A stretch of 62,988 nt of DNA, filler included, from 3 parts of 3 records of this genome joined end to end with filler, not necessarily neighbours in it; one strand, 5' to 3'; shown: positions 51,697-61,067, numbered from the whole stretch's first letter. Notes: generated from the sequence alone by a model not told the origin. A program made the numbers and translations.

Positions 51697-52278
51697 ATGA
51701 GACGTTTGATTGCAGTTTTACTTTTGGTCAGCTTTGGCAGCGTTGGGCAAGCGGGCCAAATTGGCGATGATGGCATGTATAAAGAATCTTGGATGCGCGA
51801 TACGTTCAAAGATTTGCGTGAAGATTTGGCAGAGGCCAATGCTGAGGGCAAACGATTGGCTGTTATCTTCGAGCAGCGCGGCTGCATTTATTGCAAAAAA
51901 ATGCATGAGGAAGTTTTTGTGCAGCCTCGCGTGTCTTCTTACATCGAGGAAAACTTTTTCGTCGTACAATTGAACCTACACGGTGATTTGGAAGTCACCG
52001 ATTTTGATGGTGAAGTGCTCAGTGAAAAAGACATCGCGCGCAAATGGCGCATTTTATTCACCCCCTCATTTATGTTTTTACCCGAAGATATTGACGACCA
52101 ACTCGATGCCGCGCAGGCGTCGGTCGCGGTGATGCCGGGAGCCTTCAGTGGTGGCATGACCTTTGATTTACTGACCTGGGTGAACACCAAGCTCTATGAC
52201 ACCGAGGAAGATGGCGATTTTCAGCGCTATCACGCAAAACAGTTTAAAATAAGGCGCGCGGCAAAAGATGCCAATTAA
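51697..52278 (+). CDS. soxW: Periplasmic thioredoxin SoxW
   Basis: FEQRGCIYCKKMH, FTP, MPGAF, FQRY. Confidence 0.92.
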   Translation: MRRLIAVLLLVSFGSVGQAGQIGDDGMYKESWMRDTFKDLREDLAEANAEGKRLAVIFEQRGCIYCKKMHEEVFVQPRVSSYIEENFFVVQLNLHGDLEVTDFDGEVLSEKDIARKWRILFTPSFMFLPEDIDDQLDAAQASVAVMPGAFSGGMTFDLLTWVNTKLYDTEEDGDFQRYHAKQFKIRRAAKDAN

Positions 52279-52297
52279 ATTCAAGAATATGAATTTA
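52276..52297. promoter_or_regulatory. Putative SoxR operator upstream of soxX
   Basis: Perfect 8-bp inverted repeat TAAATTCA-AGAATA-TGAATTTA in the soxW-soxX interval. Confidence 0.65.
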
Positions 52298-52362
52298 TGC
52301 TTGCGTAATTGCGCCGTGATGTCTAACGTGAGGCCATAATAATTAATAAAAAAGGGGGGAAC

Positions 52363-52815
52363 ATGGGACGTTTTTCGTTGACCTTGGTGTGCTTATTTGC
52401 TGGCTCCTCAGCATTCGCTGGGGATGTTATGCCAGCAAATGTTGTGTTTAATGATGGCGCAATCGGCGTAACTTTAACGGCGCAAGCCGGCGATCCAGCA
52501 GCGGGCCGCAAGGTTTTTATGAACCGCAAGCAGGGCAATTGTTTGGCCTGTCATGCCAATGAAGATATGAGCGATCAGTCGTTTCACGGAGAAGTAGGCC
52601 CGGCGCTTGATGGCGTGGCTGACCGTTGGGAAGCGGCGGAATTGCGCGGTATCGTCGTGAATTCTAAGATGATGTTTGAGGGCACGATTATGCCAGCATT
52701 TTACAAAGATGGCGGATTTGAACGAAACTTGAAAAAGTTTCAAGGCAAATCGATTTTGAATGCCCAGCAAGTTGAAGATGTTGTGGCGTATCTTTTAACA
52801 CTTAAAGAAGAATAG
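52363..52815 (+). CDS. soxX: Sulfur oxidation c-type cytochrome SoxX
   Basis: GDPAAGR, GNCLACH, GPALDG, TIMPAFY, QQVEDVVAYL. Confidence 0.96.
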   Translation: MGRFSLTLVCLFAGSSAFAGDVMPANVVFNDGAIGVTLTAQAGDPAAGRKVFMNRKQGNCLACHANEDMSDQSFHGEVGPALDGVADRWEAAELRGIVVNSKMMFEGTIMPAFYKDGGFERNLKKFQGKSILNAQQVEDVVAYLLTLKEE

Positions 52816-52824
52816 GAGGGCAGT

Positions 52825-53247
52825 ATGGGACTGACGAGAAGAAATATGATGCTGGCAGGAACCTCTGCGTTCGCCGTGGCCACATTTTGCGGAATACCCG
52901 TTTTTGCCTCGGCTGTTGATGAGCATATTGCGGATTTCACTGGTGGTGCTGATGCGGTTGCCGGTGCGATCGAATTGGATGCACCTGAAATTGCAGAGAA
53001 TGGAAATACGGTTCCGATCACGGTCTCAGCGCCTGGCGCCAGCAGCATCATGATTCTAGCCGCTGGAAATCCAGTGCCGGCCGTCGCGACGTTTAATTTT
53101 GGGCCGATGAGTGCAGCGCGCAGCGGCTCAACACGTATTCGCCTTGCCAAAACCCAGGATGTGATTGCGGTCGCAAAAATGGAAGATGGTTCATTTCAAA
53201 CTACGCAAGCCACGGTCAAAGTGACCATTGGCGGTTGCGGCGGCTAA
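52825..53247 (+). CDS. soxY: Sulfur carrier protein SoxY
   Basis: Tat TRR signal, PEIAENG, terminal VKVTIGGCGG. Confidence 0.98.
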   Translation: MGLTRRNMMLAGTSAFAVATFCGIPVFASAVDEHIADFTGGADAVAGAIELDAPEIAENGNTVPITVSAPGASSIMILAAGNPVPAVATFNFGPMSAARSGSTRIRLAKTQDVIAVAKMEDGSFQTTQATVKVTIGGCGG

Positions 53248-53261
53248 AGAGGAGAATAACA

Positions 53262-53591
53262 ATGGCAAAAGGTGTAAAACCCCGCGTTAAAGTGCCCAAA
53301 ACTGCCGCTGCAGGGGATATGATCACAATCAAAACTTTGATCAGCCATAAAATGGAATCTGGTCAGCGTAAAGATAAAGATGGCAATAAAATTCCACGCT
53401 CGATCATCAATAGGTTTACCTGTGAGTTTAATGGTCAAAGCGTCATTGACGTTACAATTGAACCAGCAATTTCAACAAATCCTTACTTTAAATTTGATGC
53501 AGTCGTTCCTGAAACGGGTGAATTTAAATTCACTTGGTACGATGATGACGGCTCAGTTTATGAAACGGCAAAAAATATAGCGGTTGGGTAA
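53262..53591 (+). CDS. soxZ: SoxZ
   Basis: HKMESGQRKD, STNPY, WYDDDG; ATG 53262 after GAGGAG. Confidence 0.96.
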   Translation: MAKGVKPRVKVPKTAAAGDMITIKTLISHKMESGQRKDKDGNKIPRSIINRFTCEFNGQSVIDVTIEPAISTNPYFKFDAVVPETGEFKFTWYDDDGSVYETAKNIAVG

Positions 53592-53620
53592 GCGTCGCAG
53601 ATAATAAAGGGAGGATAAAA

Positions 53621-54454
53621 ATGACAGTGACAAAGCTTATAAGCGCGTCAGCTCTGGTCTTGATCGGGGGTCTTGCGCAAGCGGGTGAATCAGACACTCT
53701 CTCCGTTGAGGGGCAAGCCATGACAACACGCGTGGCCGCGCAAGCGCATACGCCAAATTTGGATGAAGTGTTCTCTGGCTGGGTGTTTCGAACAGACGAA
53801 ACGCAAGCCCTGCAGATGGATGATTTCGAAAATCCAGGGTTCGTTTTTGTAGATAAAGGCATCGACCTTTACGCAAAAGTAGATGGCTCTGAAGGTAAAT
53901 CCTGCGCAAGCTGCCATGAAAATGTGGAAGACTTTGCAGGGCTGCGTGCCTCAATGCCGCGGGTTGTGGATGGCGATGTTGTCTCGATGGAGAATATGGT
54001 CAATGATTGCCGGACTGAGCGTATGGGGGCAGATGCCTGGAAATGGTCATCCGCCGACATGACCGCGATTACGGCTCTGATTGGCCTGCAATCGCGCGGT
54101 ATGCCCGTTAATGTTAAGTTTGATGGGGATGCTGCGGCGCAGTGGCAAAAAGGCAAAGAGCTTTACTACACGCGCGTTGGGCAATTGGATATGTCCTGCT
54201 CAAATTGTCATGAAGACAATTATGGCAATATGATCCGCGCCGATCATCTGTCGCAAGGGCAGACGAATGGTTTTCCCACCTATCGTTTGAAAAATGCAAA
54301 GCTTAATTCTATTCATGGCCGCTTCAAAGGTTGCATGAAAAATATTCGCGCAACGCCCTATAAAGAAGGCGGCGAAGAGTTCCAAGCGTTGGAATTGTAT
54401 CTCGCGTCGCGCGGGAACGGGTTAACTGTCGAAACACCATCAGTACGTAACTGA
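53621..54454 (+). CDS. soxA: Diheme cytochrome SoxA
   Basis: Two CxxCH (CASCH, CSNCH), FPTYR, RFKGC, ALELYL. Confidence 0.96.
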   Translation: MTVTKLISASALVLIGGLAQAGESDTLSVEGQAMTTRVAAQAHTPNLDEVFSGWVFRTDETQALQMDDFENPGFVFVDKGIDLYAKVDGSEGKSCASCHENVEDFAGLRASMPRVVDGDVVSMENMVNDCRTERMGADAWKWSSADMTAITALIGLQSRGMPVNVKFDGDAAAQWQKGKELYYTRVGQLDMSCSNCHEDNYGNMIRADHLSQGQTNGFPTYRLKNAKLNSIHGRFKGCMKNIRATPYKEGGEEFQALELYLASRGNGLTVETPSVRN

Positions 54455-54457
54455 TCC

Positions 54458-54490
54458 AAAGGCCCCGGGCGCTCAAACGCTCGGGGTTTT
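54458..54490 (+). terminator. Terminator-like hairpin between soxA and soxB
   Basis: GGCCCCGGGCG-CTCAAA-CGCTCGGGGTT stem with T-rich tail. Confidence 0.7.
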
Positions 54491-54536
54491 CTTCATCTAA
54501 ATATATTCAATAAAATGCATGTGATAGGGGTTTATA

Positions 54537-56240
54537 ATGATAGCAAGGCGAGATTTTCTGCAAATGGCTATGGCCACAACTGCGGTTTATGGGGCGTCTT
54601 CTTTTGGAGCATGGAGCCGTTTGTCCGCGCAGCAACAAATGACTCAAGATAAGCTATTGGAGTTTGATAGCTTTGGGAACGTCTCCCTTATCCATATCAC
54701 GGATATTCATGCGCAATTAAAACCCATATATTTCAGAGAGCCGGATACCAATATTGGCGTCGGGTCGAATAAAGGGCGGGTTCCCCATATTACAGGCAGC
54801 GATTTTCGTAAATTATACGGTATCAAGGATGACAGCGCCTCTGCCTATGCGCTTAGCTCGTCTGATTTTTCGGCGCTCGCGCAAACCTATGGTCGCGTGG
54901 GAGGGCTGGATCGGGTTGCCACAGTGATCAATGCAATCCGCAGCGAACGCCCGGATGCGTTGTTGCTGGATGGCGGGGATACATGGCATGGCAGCTATTC
55001 CTGCTATCACACGCAAGGCCAAGATATGGTGAATGTGATGAATGCGCTCAAGCCGGATGCGATGACCTTTCATTGGGAATTTACGCTTGGCTCTGAGCGG
55101 GTAAATGAAATCGTTGAAAACCTCCCCTTTGCTGCTTTGGGGCAAAACATCTTCGATTCTGAATGGGATGAGCCCACGGATCTTTTTCCACCCTATAAAT
55201 TCTTTGAGCGGGGCGGGGTAAAAATCGCGGTGATCGGGCAAGCGTTTCCCTATATGCCGATTGCCAATCCCGGCTGGATGTTCCCCGAATACTCATTCGG
55301 AATTCGCGATGAGCGGATGCAGGAGATGGTGGATGAGGTGCGCGCAAAAGGGGCCGAACTGGTTGTCTGCCTCAGCCATAACGGTTTTGATGTTGATAAG
55401 AAAATGGCTGGCAAAGTGAAAGGGCTCGATGTGGTTTTATCTGGCCACACGCATGATGCTTTGCCGGAACCGGTTTTGGTGGGGGATACGATCATCGTGG
55501 CCTCTGGCTCAAACGGCAAATTTGTTTCGCGCGTGGATCTTGATATTCGCCAAGGGCGAATGTTGGGCTTTCGCCATAAGCTGATCCCTATTTTTGCCGA
55601 TGTGATTGCGCCCGACCCACAAATGACAAAGCTGATTGACGCGCAGCGCGCTCCGTTTATCGATCAATTGTCAGAAGTGATTGGAAAAACGGGCGAGGAT
55701 CAAGTGCTGTATCGGCGCGGCAATTTCAACGGGACTTGGGATGATCTTATTTGCGATGCCCTGATTTCTGAGCGCGATGCCGATATTGCCTTATCACCGG
55801 GTGTACGTTGGGGGCCGTCGATCTTGCCGGATCAAGAGATCACCCGTGATGATTTATGGAACGTTACGTCAATGAGTTATCCCAATGCCTATCGCACCGA
55901 AATGAGCGGCGAGTTTTTGCATATCATTTTAGAAGATGTTGCGGATAACCTGTTCAACCCTGACCCTTATTACCAGCAGGGGGGGGATATGGTGCGCGTG
56001 GGCGGGCTTGGTTACAGAATTGATATTTCTAAGCCCCAGGGCAGCCGGATAACCGAAATGACCTTGTTGAAAACGGGTGAGCCGATTGACCCTACGCGGA
56101 ACTATCAAGTGGCAGGCTGGGCAAGCGTGAATGAAGGCACTGAAGGCCCGATGATTTGGGATGTGGTTGAGGCTCATATTCGAAAAATGGGGGTTGTCTC
56201 TGTGGCGCCCAATACAAGCGTCGACATTATTGGCCGGTAA
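54537..56240 (+). CDS. soxB: Thiosulfohydrolase SoxB
   Basis: Tat ARRDFL, HITDIHAQL, DGGDTW, HWEF, SHNG, GHTHD, YRRGNF, DPYYQQGGD. Confidence 0.98.
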   Translation: MIARRDFLQMAMATTAVYGASSFGAWSRLSAQQQMTQDKLLEFDSFGNVSLIHITDIHAQLKPIYFREPDTNIGVGSNKGRVPHITGSDFRKLYGIKDDSASAYALSSSDFSALAQTYGRVGGLDRVATVINAIRSERPDALLLDGGDTWHGSYSCYHTQGQDMVNVMNALKPDAMTFHWEFTLGSERVNEIVENLPFAALGQNIFDSEWDEPTDLFPPYKFFERGGVKIAVIGQAFPYMPIANPGWMFPEYSFGIRDERMQEMVDEVRAKGAELVVCLSHNGFDVDKKMAGKVKGLDVVLSGHTHDALPEPVLVGDTIIVASGSNGKFVSRVDLDIRQGRMLGFRHKLIPIFADVIAPDPQMTKLIDAQRAPFIDQLSEVIGKTGEDQVLYRRGNFNGTWDDLICDALISERDADIALSPGVRWGPSILPDQEITRDDLWNVTSMSYPNAYRTEMSGEFLHIILEDVADNLFNPDPYYQQGGDMVRVGGLGYRIDISKPQGSRITEMTLLKTGEPIDPTRNYQVAGWASVNEGTEGPMIWDVVEAHIRKMGVVSVAPNTSVDIIGR

Positions 56241-56261
56241 AGAAAGGGCTGTGGCTACACG

Positions 56262-56935
56262 ATGATAGACTATCAGGCTTATTTCCAATCCGAGTTGGGG
56301 CAGTTGCGCCAAGAGGGGAATTACAGGGTTTTTGTGGATTTAAAGCGCCAAAAAGGTGCTTTCCCAAAAGCCGATTGGCGCGATAAAGGCCAGGAAAAAC
56401 CCGTTACCATCTGGTGTTCGAATGATTATTTGGGCATGGGCCAACATCCTGATGTTATCGCAGCGATGCATGCGGCATTAGAGGAAAGTGGCGCTGGCGC
56501 GGGCGGTACGCGCAATATATCTGGCTCTAGCCATGCGCATGTTGATCTCGAGCAAGAGCTTGCAGCGCTGCATGGGAAAGAGGCGGCCTTGCTCTTTAAC
56601 AGTGGCTATATGTCAAATTGGGCGAGCCTGAGTACTTTGGCCAGCCGGTTGCCGGGCTGCGTGGTTTTGTCAGATGCGGCCAATCATGCCTCTATGATCG
56701 AAGGCATTCGCCATAGCCGGGCGGAAAAGCGTATTTGGAAGCATAATGATCTTGCCGATCTGCAAGCCCATCTTTGTGCATTGCCGCGTGAGCAACCCAA
56801 AATTATCGCATTTGAAAGCGTTTACTCGATGGACGGCGATATAGCCCCGATCAAGGAAATTTGTGATTTGGCAGATCATTATGGCGCGATGACGTATTTA
56901 GATGAGGTGCATGCGGTGGGGCTTTATGGGGCGCA
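56262..56935 (+). CDS. hemA: 5-aminolevulinate synthase, 3'-truncated at contig end
   Basis: [47 protein letters not shown]. Confidence 0.95.
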
Positions 56936-57035
56936 NNNNNNNNNNNNNNNNNNNNNNNNNNNNNNNNNNNNNNNNNNNNTTAATTAATTAANNNNNNNNN
57001 NNNNNNNNNNNNNNNNNNNNNNNNNNNNNNNNNNN
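56936..57035. other. Artificial contig spacer (N44-TTAATTAATTAA-N44)
   Basis: Same design as the first spacer (12-mer at 56980-56991); hemA truncated; abrupt GC rise afterwards. Confidence 0.99.
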
Positions 57036-57116
57036 TTGACACATTATCGTGACAAATTGAACTCCTGTTGTTCGGCCGCCACTTCGGCGTAATCTTGAGC
57101 GGATTTTTGAGGTGCC

Positions 57117-57719
57117 ATGCGTCCCCTGCCGCTCAAGCTTGCACCCGGCAGTGACCTGCGCCTCAGCCTGGAAGATTTGGCTCGTCGCGAGGGCATCGAT
57201 GGATTTGTCCTTGGCGTGGTGGGCAACCTCACGCGCGCGGCTTTCCAGTGCCCAGGCCAATCAGAACCCACCGTCCTTGAAGGTGATCTTGAAGTGATCA
57301 CCTTGAACGGCACGCTGAGCCCTGATTCCGTTCATCTCCATCTGAGCCTTTCCGATGGCGCTTGTCAGGTTTGGGGAGGGCACCTTGAGCCGGGCACCAT
57401 CGTGCAAAAAGGGGCCGATGTGCTGATTGGCGTGCTTGAACAAAACAAACCAGCGGCCATAAGAACCGCAACGGCACCGCGCCTCGAGATTGCTGTGCTG
57501 CCCGGATGTCCCTGGTGCAGCAGGGCGCTGCGCCTACTTCGGACCTTGGATCTTCCCCACACGGTGATCACGGTGAATGACGACAGCACGTTCAAGAGCG
57601 TTCAAAGCCGTAGTGGGATGGGGACATTCCCCCAGGTATTCGTCGACGGCGCCGTGATCGGTGGCTACGACGATCTCACCACGCTCCACGCTGCTGGTGA
57701 CCTCGAAGCCCTCCGTTAG
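57117..57719 (+). CDS. PPC/DUF296 domain fused to glutaredoxin
   Basis: LAPGSDL, VGNL, LNGTL, HLHLSLSD, GGHL (DUF296), then CPWC...TFPQVF..IGGYDD (Grx). Confidence 0.9.
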   Translation: MRPLPLKLAPGSDLRLSLEDLARREGIDGFVLGVVGNLTRAAFQCPGQSEPTVLEGDLEVITLNGTLSPDSVHLHLSLSDGACQVWGGHLEPGTIVQKGADVLIGVLEQNKPAAIRTATAPRLEIAVLPGCPWCSRALRLLRTLDLPHTVITVNDDSTFKSVQSRSGMGTFPQVFVDGAVIGGYDDLTTLHAAGDLEALR

Positions 57720-57954
57720 CGACCCCGCCGAACTCCCACCGTTCTGGTCGCTCAAGCCTTGGTGGTGTCAGCCCTGGTCGATTGTTTCGACCGGAATGAT
57801 GGGCGTGCTGGGCTCCTGGCTGATCCTGCATCGGATTTGGATCACCCTGCCAATGGCGATCGCCGTCGCCCTGTGGTGGGGCCTGTTTCTCGTCGTTGTG
57901 CCAAGCGCCTACAAAGCAAGCCTGCAGCAGGACTTAATGGGCCGCAGACCGTGA
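57697..57954 (+). CDS. Conserved cyanobacterial small membrane protein (KPWWCQPWS motif, DUF6737-like)
   Basis: FWSLKPWWCQPWSI followed by two TM segments; GTG 57697 start uncertain. Confidence 0.75.
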   Translation: MTSKPSVSDPAELPPFWSLKPWWCQPWSIVSTGMMGVLGSWLILHRIWITLPMAIAVALWWGLFLVVVPSAYKASLQQDLMGRRP

Positions 57955-58140
57955 TGCTTGGCGGTACCGCTGCTTCTCCTCAAAAAGCTCCCCTTCCAGC
58001 TGCTCGATCAAACGGCTGACCAGATCCTGAAATTCCGGCTGGCATCCGCGAAATGCCGCTTTATGGCGGATCGGTTCATTCCGCATGCGGAGATCCGTCA
58101 ACATCAACTGCAGAGAATCAATCCTGGCGTTGGAGTTCAT
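57934..58140 (-). CDS. Conserved picocyanobacterial hypothetical protein
   Basis: MNSNARIDSLQLMLTDLRMRNEPIRHKAAFRGCQPEFQ..., coiled-coil-like; ATG 58140. Confidence 0.7.
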   Translation of the reverse strand: MNSNARIDSLQLMLTDLRMRNEPIRHKAAFRGCQPEFQDLVSRLIEQLEGELFEEKQRYRQASRSAAH

Positions 58141-58186
58141 GCTGGGCGCTAGCTCGCGCACAGAGGTTATGACGCAACCTGTCCGC

Positions 58187-59719
58187 TCAGATCCCCAACT
58201 CCTTCAACAAACGCGTCTGAGCCTGGCCACCCAAGATGGCGTGGGCTGCCATCGCCCCGCTCGCCGCGACGGGGGGGATACCAATCCCGGGGAAGGTGCT
58301 GGCACCACAAAGCCACAGATTCTCGAGTGGAGTCGTCACCCCAGGGAACAAGCCCTTCGCTGCGGAAAGTGCTGGCCCGTAGCTCCCTTCACTCACATTT
58401 AAGAAATGGCTGTGGGTTAAGGGTGTGCCCTCCATCACCAGATCGCAGCGGTCACGAATATCGGGGATCGTTCGCTCTAGTACACGCCAAAACACCTCGC
58501 ACCGCTCCTGTTTCAACGCGTCATAGGCCGGCGTGCCACGGGTGTGCTCACGCCACAACGACCAAGGCTCGCTGGCTGGGGTGTAGCCATGCAAGACGTG
58601 GCGTCCGGCAGGAGCCATCGAGGCATCGAGGACAGAAGGAACCGACAACACCACGACATTGCGCTCAGCTGCAATTCCCCGGTTCCAGTCGTCCACCCAC
58701 ACCGTGTGGATGGGCAGGGGAGCCAAACCGCTGGCATCAAAACCCAAATGAAGATGCAAAAAGCTATTGCAACGTGGCGTCTCTACGCGTTGACGCTGCC
58801 ATGCCTCGGCGGCGCCATCAGGGAGCATCGCCAGGGTGCTCCAGATGTCGGCGTTGCTCACAACGCGCTGTGCAGAAATCTGCTCCCCGTTCTGCAACTC
58901 CACCCCCACAACACGATCACCGTCCAACAGAAGAGATCGCACGGTGACGCCAGTCCGAAGGCTGCCGCCGTGCTCCTTAAGGCCCTTCACCAGGGCATCC
59001 ACCACCGCAGCACTGCCACCAAGGGGATAGTCGAGATGGGCCTCGGGCTGAAACCACTCCCCAAACAAGGTGGCCATCGCAGCGGCATTGGTGTCGCCCA
59101 TCGGCATCCCACTGATCAGGAAGCAGAGCAAGTCCACCCAGTGGCGAAGGAACGGATCCTGGAGATGTCGATCCACCAGCGGCCCAAAGGCACCGGCGAG
59201 GTGTCGCATCGCCCCGAGGTGGGGCAGTAACCGCCCCCCACGCTGCAACAGTTGGGCCATCCCGTCCACACCCGGCCGCATCGACAAGAGCGGCAACGCA
59301 TCGGCCGCCGCAGCAATCGGACGCAACACCTCCATGAATCGCCGCCACTCCTCCACGGCGGCGGAACCCCGCAGCTGACCCACGACGGCTTCAAAACCGT
59401 CATTGCCGACGGCAACGCTCAGATCGCCTTCGGGGAGAAGCACATCCCAAGCGCTGTAGGGAACAACCTCCAAGGTCTGGCCCAGGGCCCGCAGCACTTG
59501 AGCTAAAGGGTTGTTGCTTGGCCAGCGCCCTAGGCCACTCCACAGGGATGGACCCGACTCAAGGTGATAGCCCTGTCTTTGAAAACCATGGGCGGCGCCG
59601 CCTGGCTGGTGATGGGCTTCAAGCACCAACACATCCCGACCCGATTTGGCACAGAGCCCCGCACAGCAGAGCCCTCCAATGCCACTTCCAATCACGAGGA
59701 CATCGACGCTGTCCTTCAC
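58187..59719 (-). CDS. FAD-dependent oxidoreductase of the phytoene desaturase/carotenoid isomerase (CrtH-like) family
   Basis: VIGSGIGG..., EAHHQPGG, SGPSL, PLGGS, LHLG, GTPLTH, GSYGP, FPGIGIP. Confidence 0.88.
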   Translation of the reverse strand: MKDSVDVLVIGSGIGGLCCAGLCAKSGRDVLVLEAHHQPGGAAHGFQRQGYHLESGPSLWSGLGRWPSNNPLAQVLRALGQTLEVVPYSAWDVLLPEGDLSVAVGNDGFEAVVGQLRGSAAVEEWRRFMEVLRPIAAAADALPLLSMRPGVDGMAQLLQRGGRLLPHLGAMRHLAGAFGPLVDRHLQDPFLRHWVDLLCFLISGMPMGDTNAAAMATLFGEWFQPEAHLDYPLGGSAAVVDALVKGLKEHGGSLRTGVTVRSLLLDGDRVVGVELQNGEQISAQRVVSNADIWSTLAMLPDGAAEAWQRQRVETPRCNSFLHLHLGFDASGLAPLPIHTVWVDDWNRGIAAERNVVVLSVPSVLDASMAPAGRHVLHGYTPASEPWSLWREHTRGTPAYDALKQERCEVFWRVLERTIPDIRDRCDLVMEGTPLTHSHFLNVSEGSYGPALSAAKGLFPGVTTPLENLWLCGASTFPGIGIPPVAASGAMAAHAILGGQAQTRLLKELGI

Positions 59720-59766
59720 CAATCCCTGTGCGGTGGAATCATCATTGTGGTCGCTTCTTCTAATTG

Positions 59767-60309
59767 ATGCGCGGGCGATTTCTCCTGCCAGTGCTGTTGC
59801 TGGGACTGGCCTGGGCTCAGGAAGTTTTCGACCAAGTGCTCTTCGCTGGCAACTGGAATCTGGCGATGGGTCCAGGTCTGCCGTGGTGGGGAGTTCTCAG
59901 CGCTCCGTTTAGCCACTCTGGCTTTGGACATTTACTGTCCAACAGTGTGATTTTTCTCGTTCTGAGCTGGTTGGTGCTCACCCGAGGGGTTAGGGATTAC
60001 CTGTCTGTCTGGGTGGCAGTTCTGGTGATGAATGTGCCAATCGCGCTGTTGTGGCCCACCCGAAGCCATGGACTCTCTGGGGTGATTTATGGGCTGCTCG
60101 GTTATCTCTTAGTGATTGGTTGGCTTGAGAAAAAAATTCTGCCGATCGTGCTGAGCCTGGTGGCCTTTTGGTTTTACGGATCAGCACTCATGGCCTTGAT
60201 CCCAGGGGTCTCCCCAGCGGGCGTGAGCTGGGTTGGCCACGCTGGAGGCTTCGCCGGTGGCCTTCTCGCCGCTTGGACCCAAGGCAACGGCAACCCCAAG
60301 CCGGATTAA
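59767..60309 (+). CDS. Rhomboid family intramembrane serine protease
   Basis: FSHSGFGHLLSN, GLSG (catalytic Ser), SWVGHAGG (catalytic His), TM-rich. Confidence 0.9.
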   Translation: MRGRFLLPVLLLGLAWAQEVFDQVLFAGNWNLAMGPGLPWWGVLSAPFSHSGFGHLLSNSVIFLVLSWLVLTRGVRDYLSVWVAVLVMNVPIALLWPTRSHGLSGVIYGLLGYLLVIGWLEKKILPIVLSLVAFWFYGSALMALIPGVSPAGVSWVGHAGGFAGGLLAAWTQGNGNPKPD

Positions 60310-60344
60310 ATTTTTAACACCAATGCAGCATCCTTGCTGAACCG

Positions 60345-61067
60345 TTAGAGGTACTGATCCAAGAAAGCCAATGGTGTTGCCATCGTTTCGGAATAACCCA
60401 GCAAGCTTTTATCGCGGTGTTGATACAACAATGTATCGTCGCTATCTAATAAATAAGTAGCCCCACGTTGGGTGATGTAGTCATCACAAGGCACATAGGT
60501 GCGCCAGTTTCCAAGCACTTCATTCATATTTCTCAGTCGCCAAGTCGCCAACTCAAATGGTCTCTGGAAACCATCACCACCGGCCCGGCGGAACATCCTT
60601 CCGCGAAACGACGGAAGAGGCGAGGCCTGCACCAGATCCTCGTCAGCGAACAGTTGCGGGGCCTGACGATCGCCCATGTAACCGCGCAACACCTCCTGCA
60701 GGGTTCCTGGAGAACCAACTCCAGCGCACATCAACAAAAACCCAGGCCAAGGCCCTCCCGGCATCGTCAATCCAGCCTCAAGCCCCAATTGCTCATGCAG
60801 GGTTGGAGCAGGGTCAACCTGGAGTTGCTCGCGGGGAAAACCTGTAAATCCACAAAAGCGTTCTGCACCGGCGGCGTCACCAATGGCGAACACCTGAACG
60901 GTGACGCTTTGGTTTCGCAAAGAATCCATCCGGGGGACGAGCACCTGGGCGTATTCCAAGGAATCAAAATCGCCTAATTGCCCCATCACCACCGCCAACC
61001 GCCTTGAACCTTCTGCCGCATCTGGCGTTTGAGCGAGACGGCGTAACAGTGCTTCTGGTGCTTTCAT
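60345..61067 (-). CDS. AhpC/TSA-like (peroxiredoxin-like) thioredoxin-fold protein
   Basis: QLGDFDSLEYA, FCGFTGFP, LMCAGVGSPGTL.EV, RPFELAT.RL.NM, QRGATY; ATG 61067 preferred. Confidence 0.8.
   Translation of the reverse strand: MKAPEALLRRLAQTPDAAEGSRRLAVVMGQLGDFDSLEYAQVLVPRMDSLRNQSVTVQVFAIGDAAGAERFCGFTGFPREQLQVDPAPTLHEQLGLEAGLTMPGGPWPGFLLMCAGVGSPGTLQEVLRGYMGDRQAPQLFADEDLVQASPLPSFRGRMFRRAGGDGFQRPFELATWRLRNMNEVLGNWRTYVPCDDYITQRGATYLLDSDDTLLYQHRDKSLLGYSETMATPLAFLDQYL

Noticed and set aside
56988..57313. Minus-strand ORFs 56988-57260 and 57044-57313
   Set aside because: Antisense to the DUF296-Grx gene; one runs into Ns; no motifs
58327..59763. Long plus-strand ORFs (206 aa, 228 aa and others) overlapping the CrtH-like gene
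   Set aside because: Antisense shadows typical of GC-rich coding DNA
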